A DNA stretch of 14,543 bases from contig JADFSZ010000020.1 in the NCBI GenBank assembly GCA_022560555.1, positions 1 to 14,543 of the forward strand, read 5' to 3'. The position numbers and the translations under genes are program-made. Every line of letters starts with the position of its first letter. Within the stretch, counting starts at the first letter, position 1. This document shows positions 1 through 6,857 of the stretch, one piece after another. The DNA comes from PVC group bacterium (lineage in GTDB: Bacteria; GCA-001730085; JADFSZ01). The notes below the pieces were generated by a model that searched no databases, was not told where the DNA came from, and saw nothing but the letters and a program-made list of their open reading frames with translations.

Positions 1-706
1 CAGCGCGAAATACTTTAAGAATCACTCCAAATGGAATATGCACATCGTCCAATATCGTATGTGCGGGAGGGGCCTTATAAAGGTCCCGGCGGATCGCATA
101 AAGCGCGCCTGTCGCGCCGAGCATAGAGTCAAACCGGGATTCAGATTTCCTCAAAAACTTTTCGTACCGCCAATACATATCCACGCCTTTGGCAAGCGAT
201 GACAAGTTGTCACGTTGAACAAACTCCAGTTCCCCGCTCACGCACCCAACAGCAGGATCCGCAAAATTATCAACAAGGTTACGAACAGCCATCGGATCCA
301 TCATCTCGGCTGCATCCGTAAAAACAATAATGTCCGAATTAAGCGATGACAAGGTTTTGTTAAGCGAGCACATTTTCCCTTCATTCTGTTCATACGCTAA
401 AAGTTTTATTCTGGAGTCCCTAAGAGCATATTCTTCGACAATCGCATGCGTTTGATCTGAAGATCCGTCCGAGGACACCACAAATTCAATTTGATCCCGG
501 GGATAGTCTATTTCCTGGCAATTGTTCAATTTATCCCTCATGACAAACTCTTCATTGTATACAGAAATCACTATAGATACTTTTTTTTGGATAAAGGCTT
601 TTTGAACGGGTCTTCCCGACAAACGTGAACAAACGAAAATCAATAGAGGGTATCCAAGGTAAGTGTATACGATAAATCCGAAGGCGAACCAAAAAAGCCC
701 TGTCAT
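1..706 (-). CDS. Glycosyltransferase family 2, membrane-anchored and synthase-like. Only the N-terminal ~235 aa are present; the gene runs off the window at position 1.
   Basis: Absent from the supplied ORF track because no stop codon falls in the window. Manual reverse-complement translation from the ATG at 706..704 gives MTGLFWFAFGFIVYTYLGYPLLIFVCSRLSGRPVQKAFIQKKVSIVISVYNEEFVMRDKLNNCQEIDYPRDQIEFVVSSDGSSDQTHAIVEEYALRDSRIKLLAYEQNEGKMCSLNKTLSSLNSDIIVFTDAAEMMDP...GATGALYAIRRDLYKAPPAHTILDDVHIPFG, and the frame stays open to position 2. It has an N-terminal hydrophobic helix and GT-A signatures (VSIVISVYNEE, SDGSSD, FTDAA at the DXD position, a later DD). The start overlaps the upstream stop as ATGA (703-706). 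Confidence 0.85.
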   Translation of the reverse strand, partial: MTGLFWFAFGFIVYTYLGYPLLIFVCSRLSGRPVQKAFIQKKVSIVISVYNEEFVMRDKLNNCQEIDYPRDQIEFVVSSDGSSDQTHAIVEEYALRDSRIKLLAYEQNEGKMCSLNKTLSSLNSDIIVFTDAAEMMDPMAVRNLVDNFADPAVGCVSGELEFVQRDNLSSLAKGVDMYWRYEKFLRKSESRFDSMLGATGALYAIRRDLYKAPPAHTILDDVHIPFGVILKVFRA

Positions 707-1488
707 GAGTCCGACCTCATGTGTTGAAAGCGCCGGTACAGTTTGTCATACCGCTTATGTCCGATGAGATTTTGAATCACTTTCTTAAATTGATCCTTTA
801 GACGATTTCTCCACATAATGCCGGGTTTCCTTCTTAGAATATTTTCGAGACAAGTAACACCTGTGTTCTTTCTTATGGCAATACGCGGGATATTAAGAAA
901 CGGTCCCCGGCTGATGTTATCTACAAATTGATATTGACTCGTAAAGATATACTCATATCCTGATTCAAGAGCGATGGTTTGCAGTTCGGGATGTTTTCGT
1001 CCCCCCGGAAGAGACAGCATTTTCACACTCACCGCTAAACGCTCCTCCAGAGTCCGACGGGACTCTTTAAGCTCCTCGGTCAATTCAGAAGTACTTAACA
1101 TGGAAAAAAATCTGTGCGTTAAACCATGGGATCCAATCCCCATCCCCGCGGCCGATATTTCAGCTAAATCCTGCCAACTCATATAACCCGCACAATCTAT
1201 ATGCTCAACGGTGACAAAGAAAACAGCCCGCAAACCACGTTCCTTTAAGATAGGATAAGCCTGAACATAATTATCTTTGTATCCATCATCAAACGTAATC
1301 ACAACGCTCCGGGCCTTTACCTGCTTGGGCCATTCATCCGGAAGCACAACATCCAGAGATTCCCGTTGAATAAGATCAAGATGCCTTAGGAACATCCCCC
1401 TCTCAACAGCATACTCCCTGTCGTAAAGAAGAAGATCGTTCATGCCTATGTGATGATACATCAAAACTGTCGAGCTTAATTTATTCAT
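703..1488 (-). CDS. Polysaccharide deacetylase (NodB homology domain, carbohydrate esterase family 4)
   Basis: 261-aa ORF with an ATG start at 1488. It carries NodB motifs: VITFDDGYKDNY (the TFDDG metal/catalytic Asp motif) and GSHGLTHR (the H-S/T-x-x-H motif). It sits 3 nt after the GT4 stop and overlaps the GT2 start. Confidence 0.9.
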   Translation of the reverse strand: MNKLSSTVLMYHHIGMNDLLLYDREYAVERGMFLRHLDLIQRESLDVVLPDEWPKQVKARSVVITFDDGYKDNYVQAYPILKERGLRAVFFVTVEHIDCAGYMSWQDLAEISAAGMGIGSHGLTHRFFSMLSTSELTEELKESRRTLEERLAVSVKMLSLPGGRKHPELQTIALESGYEYIFTSQYQFVDNISRGPFLNIPRIAIRKNTGVTCLENILRRKPGIMWRNRLKDQFKKVIQNLIGHKRYDKLYRRFQHMRSDS

Positions 1489-1491
1489 ATT

Positions 1492-2679
1492 CTACCCTGC
1501 AGCCTCTTGGTAGACACGGGCCATCTCACGCGCGATTTGCGCCCAATCGTATTTTTCTTCTACAAGCTTTCTCGCGCTTTCGGCTATCCGGAGATAATCA
1601 TCTTTGGATTGTGTCAACAAGGATATTTTTTCAATAAAAGCCTTTGGTGTATCGGCAAGCATAATTTCTTTTTTATCCTCTGCTTCAATTCCTTCGGCTC
1701 CGATCGTTGTGCTCACAACCGGACGACCCAGCGCCATCGATTCCAAAATTTTGATGCGCGTTCCTCCGCCGATACGAATAGGAACAATAAGAATGTCGGC
1801 ATCTAAGAAATACGGACGGATATCCTCCACGTTCTGATACACAGAAATTTTCTCATCCGCAAAATATGTCTTGAGCGAAGAATGGATTTTCCGTCCCACA
1901 ATGGAGCATGTCAACCGAGGTAGTGCTTGCGACAAGCTGCCCCAAATATCCGTAAAAAACCATTTCATCGCGTCAATGTTCGGCCACCAATCTAACGATC
2001 CGATAAAAACCAGTTGTTGAGGTTTTCTCGTATTCATTTGATACGCAAAATCACGGCAATTCACTCCATTTGACGCGACATGAACAGCCCCCTTATGGGA
2101 AAGTTTTTCCAAAAGATTTGCGTCTGTCAGGGAAACCGTGAATACAGCACGGAATTTGTCAATCCGCTCTTTTTCATAAGCCTTCATTTTTGAAGCCTGC
2201 CACTTCACAAAAAACTTCTTAAGGCCAAAAGGCAGCTTTTCACACAATCGCTCAGCAATAATATATTCCACATTATGCTCATCTAAGCAGGCAGGAATAT
2301 CAGGAACAAGATCAACATATTGAGCCATATGTATGTGGTCAAAATGAACAATATCATATTCTCCATCCCTGACTTTCGATTTTAGGACTTCACGCATTTT
2401 CGCGCAATCGTACTTCAAAACCACATACGGCTTTTTCGAAAAAAAAGACATGATCAGGCTCTCAAGCCGGTCCATCCAAGAATTCTTTCTTTTAACGCCG
2501 ATAATTTTCACCTTGCCCAAAAGTTTTTCAAACCCTTCAAGGGTCGCACGATGTCCGGCAAAACCGATCACAGAAACACTATGAAGCGCGCTGAGATTCT
2601 TTATATGGTTATACGTTCTGATTTTCGCGCCGGTATCTATGGGAAAGGGGATCTGAGGGACAACAAAAAGAATTTTCAT
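1492..2679 (-). CDS. Glycosyltransferase family 4 (GT-B fold, Glycos_transf_1 type)
   Basis: 395-aa ORF with an ATG start at 2679. The N-terminus MKILFVVPQIPFPIDTGAKIRTYN is typical of GT4. The C-terminal GGGTRIKILESMALGRPVVSTTIGAEGIE matches the E-x7-E nucleotide-sugar binding signature. Confidence 0.9.
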   Translation of the reverse strand: MKILFVVPQIPFPIDTGAKIRTYNHIKNLSALHSVSVIGFAGHRATLEGFEKLLGKVKIIGVKRKNSWMDRLESLIMSFFSKKPYVVLKYDCAKMREVLKSKVRDGEYDIVHFDHIHMAQYVDLVPDIPACLDEHNVEYIIAERLCEKLPFGLKKFFVKWQASKMKAYEKERIDKFRAVFTVSLTDANLLEKLSHKGAVHVASNGVNCRDFAYQMNTRKPQQLVFIGSLDWWPNIDAMKWFFTDIWGSLSQALPRLTCSIVGRKIHSSLKTYFADEKISVYQNVEDIRPYFLDADILIVPIRIGGGTRIKILESMALGRPVVSTTIGAEGIEAEDKKEIMLADTPKAFIEKISLLTQSKDDYLRIAESARKLVEEKYDWAQIAREMARVYQEAAG

Positions 2680-2699
2680 AAGCCGGTACTATTTTGATG

Positions 2700-3023
2700 T
2701 TATTTTAGCGAGTCTCCAATCCAACTCAGATAGGCCTCATGTCCGGCAATAATAGGTAAAAATAGTATTTCAGGAACTTCGTAGGAATGGACGAGACGTA
2801 CGGCTTCGACAATCTCTTCTTTTTTCTCTTCGATGGATTTCATAATAAGAAGATATTCATCGGCCTTATCAACATGGCCTTGCCACCAATACAGCGATTG
2901 CACGGGACCAACACGGTTTACGCAAGCAACCAGTTTTTTATCAAGAAGCATCCTTGAGATACTTTCAGCCTCTTCTCTTGTGGGAACCGTAACGTAACAA
3001 ACAACATATCCATTGACGGCCAT
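2700..3023 (-). CDS. cutA: Divalent-cation tolerance protein CutA
   Basis: 107-aa ORF. It aligns by eye with E. coli CutA: VTVPTREEAE...KLVACVN...SLYWWQG...YEVPEILFLP...YLSW. An SD-like GGTGTGAGGA lies directly upstream of the ATG at 3023. Confidence 0.9.
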   Translation of the reverse strand: MAVNGYVVCYVTVPTREEAESISRMLLDKKLVACVNRVGPVQSLYWWQGHVDKADEYLLIMKSIEEKKEEIVEAVRLVHSYEVPEILFLPIIAGHEAYLSWIGDSLK

Positions 3024-3033
3024 TCCTCACACC

Positions 3034-3486
3034 TTATTTTTGAAGGTTTGATAGCTGGGACGCCATTTCCATAATCTTTCGATCAAGAGTACTCGCCTCT
3101 TCGTTAAGGCGGTCAATCTCTTTTTCAGCGTCTAAAATAAGGACATTTTTTACCTTATCTCTTCGCCCCATAAGATCGTTGAGTTTTGTCCGAAGATTTT
3201 TGACTTGTATTTCATTCAGATCCGCCTTTATCAGATCCATTTCCTGACTTAACACGCGGATCTTTTGCTGAATGTCGCGAAGAAGCTGTTTTTTCTTCTC
3301 AAGCACCATCCGGTCTTCTTCAGAGAGATCTTCTGTTTTTCCGTCATAAATATTACTGATTTCTTTCTCCAAAATCTCCGCCTGTGTTTCGAGCCCCCCA
3401 ATTTCGGATTCTTTTAGCTTTACTTTCTCCTCCAAATTCTCCAAAGATTGAGCACTTTCATCTTCAACAATATTATCAAACGTCAT
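3034..3486 (-). CDS. Hypothetical acidic coiled-coil protein (150 aa)
   Basis: The ORF is rich in E, K, L and heptad-like periodicity throughout (LENLEEKVKLKESEIGGLETQAEILEKEISN..., LIKADLNEIQVKNLRTKLNDL...). I saw no enzymatic motif, TM helix or signal peptide. Its ATG (3486..3484) overlaps the gltX TGA (3485..3483) as ATGA. Confidence 0.7.
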   Translation of the reverse strand: MTFDNIVEDESAQSLENLEEKVKLKESEIGGLETQAEILEKEISNIYDGKTEDLSEEDRMVLEKKKQLLRDIQQKIRVLSQEMDLIKADLNEIQVKNLRTKLNDLMGRRDKVKNVLILDAEKEIDRLNEEASTLDRKIMEMASQLSNLQK

Positions 3487-4838
3487 CGCCTTTGCTCCCC
3501 ATCGTTAGCCTTGGTCTGAAATGATTTAATGAATTGCAATCCGTATGTCAGGTTTCTTTGGCATCGCTCGGGACCTAAAATCTCCATCACTAAAAAAATA
3601 CTCGGACTAACAGATTTGCCCGTTAAAACCACCCTTAAGGCCTGAAGAAAATCCCGGCTTTTAGTTGAATCATATTTATTGATAAGGGCTCTCGCGGAAA
3701 GCTCGATTTCCTTTGCATGAAACGGAACGATGCTCACTAACGCGTCTGAGACACATTCAATAAAGCCCTCAATCTCTCTATTAAACACTATTTTTTGGCA
3801 TGATGCAATATCATATTGAGGTTCATCAATAAAAAAATAATCCGAGCTTCTCGGCAAATCCTTCATGGTCTTCAGGCGTTCACGAATCAAGCCTATAACT
3901 TTTAGTAAATGCCCCTTGTCATAGGGCGGATCAACATATCCCAATTTGATCCATTCCGGAATAATGATGTTTGTCAGCTGATCTAAAGAACATGTTTTCA
4001 CATAATGAGCATTGATCCATTCGAGTTTTTTCATATCAAAAACAGCGCTCGACTTTCCGATGGCTTTAACCTTAAACTTTTTTATCATTTCAGCTTGTGA
4101 CATTATTTCCTGATTTCCTCCGGGCGACCAGCCTAACAGGCTTAGATAATTCAAGAGGGCTTCGGGCAATATGCCCTCTTTTTTGAAAGCCTCGACAGAA
4201 ACGGCACCATAGCGTTTCGACAAAACAGATCGGGCCTCATTCACAATCAACGGGAGGTGAATGTATTTTGGGGCCTGAAAACCGAGCGCCTTTCCAATGG
4301 CTAACTGTTTCGGTGTGTTTGACAAATGATCATCGCCGCGAAAAACATGTGAAATTGCCATCTCGTGGTCATCAACGGCACACGCAAAATTATACGTCGG
4401 AGTCCCGTCGGATTTCATAATGATAATCTCCGAAAACTCCGAGTTATCAAAAGCAACATCTCCTCTTAAGACATCCCGAACAATCGTTTTTCCCTGAGGA
4501 ACATGCAATACCACGGCCGTTTTTGAACCGTCACAGTATTCGGCCGAACCCATATCAAACAATTTCTCAACTTGCGTTCTATAAAGACTTTTTCTTTTTG
4601 ACTGAAATACCGGCCCCTCGTCCCAATCAAGTCCAAGCCACTGTAAGTGCTTGAGTATGTTCTCGGTTGACTTCCGGCTAGATCTCTCTTGATCCGTGTC
4701 CTCAATCCTGATGATAAAAACCCCGTCTTGGTTTCGCGCGTACAGCCAATTATAAATAGCTGTTCTGGCTCCGCCTATATGAAGCAGGCCTGTAGGACTG
4801 GGGGCAAATCGGACACGAACTGTCGCATCATTATTCAT
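3483..4838 (-). CDS. gltX: Glutamate--tRNA ligase (class I aaRS)
   Basis: It has the HIGH-type signature RVRFAPSPTGLLHIGGARTAIYNWLYAR and the KMSKS-equivalent VLSKR. I place the start at the ATG at 4838 (MNNDATVRVRFAPSPTG), which gives the usual short N-terminus. The track ORF extends to 4898, but that codon is TTG and adds 20 non-conserved residues. The true start is therefore 4838 (preferred) or 4898. Confidence 0.9.
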   Translation of the reverse strand: MNNDATVRVRFAPSPTGLLHIGGARTAIYNWLYARNQDGVFIIRIEDTDQERSSRKSTENILKHLQWLGLDWDEGPVFQSKRKSLYRTQVEKLFDMGSAEYCDGSKTAVVLHVPQGKTIVRDVLRGDVAFDNSEFSEIIIMKSDGTPTYNFACAVDDHEMAISHVFRGDDHLSNTPKQLAIGKALGFQAPKYIHLPLIVNEARSVLSKRYGAVSVEAFKKEGILPEALLNYLSLLGWSPGGNQEIMSQAEMIKKFKVKAIGKSSAVFDMKKLEWINAHYVKTCSLDQLTNIIIPEWIKLGYVDPPYDKGHLLKVIGLIRERLKTMKDLPRSSDYFFIDEPQYDIASCQKIVFNREIEGFIECVSDALVSIVPFHAKEIELSARALINKYDSTKSRDFLQALRVVLTGKSVSPSIFLVMEILGPERCQRNLTYGLQFIKSFQTKANDGEQRR

Positions 4839-4933
4839 GGATGCTTTTCCCACGCAAAACGCACATGGAGTGTGGCAATTTTCATCACGAAACTCCAATA
4901 AGATATAGACATTATGTTCATTCCAAGCTTTGT

Positions 4934-4963
4934 TATATAAATATCTTACGAGTTATATGTCAT
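4934..4963 (-). promoter_or_regulatory. Candidate sigma70-type promoter for gltX
   Basis: The minus strand reads ATGACA (4963..4958), an 18-nt spacer, then TATATA (4939..4934), about 95 nt upstream of the ATG at 4838. Identified by hexamer match only, in an AT-rich gap where such matches arise by chance. Confidence 0.3.
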
Positions 4964-5006
4964 GCGGCCGAATCTTTGGCACATGTTTTGCACGTAACAA
5001 ACACCT

Positions 5007-5078
5007 AAACCGGAGCACTTAGATTAGAGGTTTCCCCTGACGCACCCTAACGCCTCAACCCCTAAGTCTCCGGTTTTT
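5007..5078 (-). terminator. Long imperfect hairpin downstream of ftsA, a possible intrinsic terminator or structured RNA
   Basis: Arms aaaccggagcacttag (5007-5022) and ctaagtctccggttt (5062-5076) are reverse complements apart from one bulged base. The inner segments (cttagattagagg and cctcaacccctaag) can extend the helix with G-U pairs and bulges, leaving an apical region of about 22 nt. On the minus-strand RNA the stem is followed by UUUAGGUGUUUGUU. On the plus strand it is followed by TTTTT (5074-5078). Confidence 0.4.
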
Positions 5079-5097
5079 CATGAAAGCCCGTGCTCCA

Positions 5098-6342
5098 TCA
5101 AAACAAATCACGAAACCAATTTACGACATCATCGCCCCACTGAGACAATCTATTTTTTCGGCGGAACAAAAAGTCACCGCGATTGTTTTGTAAATCAAGC
5201 GCGTATTTAGCGACCCCGATAATGGTCGCATAGCACGGATTACGGATAATCGTATCTAGGCCAATAATATTATGCCCGCTTCCAACACGAACGTAAGTCT
5301 CGAATTCTTCAGCCGCTAAATCCTTAATCCCGCGAATCAAGGCTCCCCCTCCTGTTAAAATCACTCCCGAATTTAAATTTTTATTTAAATGATTTTTTTC
5401 TAATTTTTTGTGAATACTGCAAAAAACCTCTTCTCCCCAACTTTTTATTACACGGCAAAATTCCAGTTTATTAAAAACCGTCGGCGAACTTCGTGAATTC
5501 AAATTAATCGAAACAACTTCAGATTCACTGATATGATCAAGAGCAACATTCGAAAATTTTCTCTTTGTATCTTCGGCCATATCCCGCGTTAACCGGAACT
5601 GGCTTGATATCCTTTCCGTCAAATCATCCCCTCCCATCGGAAGAATTTCCGAATAAGTCAAAAATCCGTTTTGAAAACAGGTGATCGTGGTTGTCCCGGC
5701 ACCCAAATTAATCACAACACTTCCCAATTCGCGCTCTTCAGATGTGGTCACGATTTGAGAACATGCCAAGGCTCCAAAAACAAGCTCCCGGATTTCAACA
5801 CCCGTCCGCTGCACAGCTTTAATCAGATTTTGAATAGGATTGGTTGAAGCCGTGATGACATGAACACAAGCTTCAATCGTGTCCGCCCTCATACCAAAAG
5901 GATTCCGTACTCCCTGCATACCGTCAACGGCAAACCCACGCAGCACAGTGTGTATGATTTCCCGATTATCCGGAAGTGGAACCTGGTTGGAGAGATGGAT
6001 CGCTTGATTAATGTCCCTGTAGGTAACTTCTTGATGACTGTTATCCAGATGGTAATGTCCGGAATTGTTCACCCCCACAATATGCGGCCCGTTCACAGTT
6101 AAATACACAGCTTCCGTTTCAACTCCGGCTAAATCCTCGGCTTCTTCAAGGGAACAAATGACAGCGTTAACAACATCATCCATATCAATGACGATGCCTT
6201 GCTTCACGCCTCGTGAATCCGTTGCCCCCGTTCCAAGAATATTAACCTGACCATTCTCGTCTTCAAACGCGATAATACTGTAGACGGTGTTAGATCCGAT
6301 ATCAATCCCGGCAACGTATTTCCGTGTATGTTTCGTTCGCAC
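5098..6342 (-). CDS. ftsA: Cell division protein FtsA (actin/HSP70-fold ATPase)
   Basis: 414-aa ORF. Motifs include the phosphate-1 motif VAGIDIGSNTV, NLGAGTTTIT, and GVILTGGGALIRGIKDLAAEEF (FtsA-type adenosine motif). The C-terminal amphipathic segment DDVVNWFRDLF resembles the FtsA membrane-targeting helix. The start is GTG at 6342..6340, preceded by AGGAG with an 8-nt spacer. Confidence 0.9.
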   Translation of the reverse strand: MRTKHTRKYVAGIDIGSNTVYSIIAFEDENGQVNILGTGATDSRGVKQGIVIDMDDVVNAVICSLEEAEDLAGVETEAVYLTVNGPHIVGVNNSGHYHLDNSHQEVTYRDINQAIHLSNQVPLPDNREIIHTVLRGFAVDGMQGVRNPFGMRADTIEACVHVITASTNPIQNLIKAVQRTGVEIRELVFGALACSQIVTTSEERELGSVVINLGAGTTTITCFQNGFLTYSEILPMGGDDLTERISSQFRLTRDMAEDTKRKFSNVALDHISESEVVSINLNSRSSPTVFNKLEFCRVIKSWGEEVFCSIHKKLEKNHLNKNLNSGVILTGGGALIRGIKDLAAEEFETYVRVGSGHNIIGLDTIIRNPCYATIIGVAKYALDLQNNRGDFLFRRKNRLSQWGDDVVNWFRDLF

Positions 6343-6350
6343 CCGTAAAG

Positions 6351-6355
6351 CTCCT
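6351..6355 (-). promoter_or_regulatory. Shine-Dalgarno sequence of ftsA
   Basis: Plus-strand ctcct corresponds to AGGAG on the minus strand, 8 nt upstream of the GTG start at 6342. It is the strongest SD in the window. Confidence 0.6.
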
Positions 6356-6362
6356 AACCTTT

Positions 6363-6857
6363 TTATTTCCCCAAAAGACCGCGCTCCTGAAACTCCCGGA
6401 TTCGAGACGCGAGCGATCGGCGAAATTCAACTAAATTATCCTGAACGATACTCATTTCTGCTCGACTCATTCTTCGCTTCTTCGTCTTAGGGATAAATGA
6501 GTCGTACATAAGAGCTCCGTCCTCCAATATCCGCTCATGACGCGGATAATAATTTTTAAGCGTCCGCAACTCCTTGCCCGCGCGTCTCAAAAAACCAGCA
6601 TCTCGTTTTAAGTTATTTCCAAAATTTTTCTCCAATTCCCCCTGATAATATTTCCAGCGATTCACATGCTCGCTTTTCTCTCGATCCTCTTGGGTATAAG
6701 GCATTCTAATCTTCACCTGTTGTTTGGGAATAATTTTTTTCTTCTTACTCGCTGCCGCTTTACGGCCCCTGTACGCGCAAGCATGATTTGGAGCTACCAT
6801 CATCGCGAGCAAGACAAAAAGGAATAGCATCAGTATAGTTCGGGTTTTTCTAGTCAT
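6363..6857 (-). CDS. Hypothetical secreted, highly basic protein (164 aa)
   Basis: The N-terminus MTRKTRTILMLFLFVLLAMMVAPNHACA-YR has the n/h/c regions of a Sec signal peptide and an AxA-type cleavage site. The mature part is K/R-rich (AAASKKKKIIPKQQVKIR, KTKKRRMSR) and I recognise no motif in it. Its ATG at 6857 overlaps the upstream gene's end (6850) by 8 nt. Confidence 0.7.
   Translation of the reverse strand: MTRKTRTILMLFLFVLLAMMVAPNHACAYRGRKAAASKKKKIIPKQQVKIRMPYTQEDREKSEHVNRWKYYQGELEKNFGNNLKRDAGFLRRAGKELRTLKNYYPRHERILEDGALMYDSFIPKTKKRRMSRAEMSIVQDNLVEFRRSLASRIREFQERGLLGK

Noticed and set aside
4839-4898. A 20-codon N-terminal extension of gltX (MEFRDENCHTPCAFCVGKAS) containing several Cys and His residues, which could have been a zinc-binding add-on.
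   Set aside because: The extension starts at a TTG with no SD-like sequence. GltX enzymes normally begin a few residues before the conserved block containing PSPTG and the HIGH motif. The ATG at 4838 gives exactly that. It is most likely 5' UTR.
4957-5022. A 21-codon plus-strand ORF (MSCGRIFGTCFARNKHLNRST) in the ftsA-gltX gap.
   Set aside because: It has no SD, lies on the strand opposite every other gene, overlaps the hairpin arm and the putative gltX promoter, and is short enough to arise by chance.
5007-5096. Possible SRP (4.5S) RNA or tRNA in the structured intergenic region. The minus strand contains GUCAGGGGAAAC, faintly like the SRP helix 8 region.
   Set aside because: The conserved SRP GGAA-tetraloop/GAAGCAG context is missing, and I could not draw a cloverleaf with T-loop or D-loop consensus. 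The element is kept only as an unclassified hairpin.
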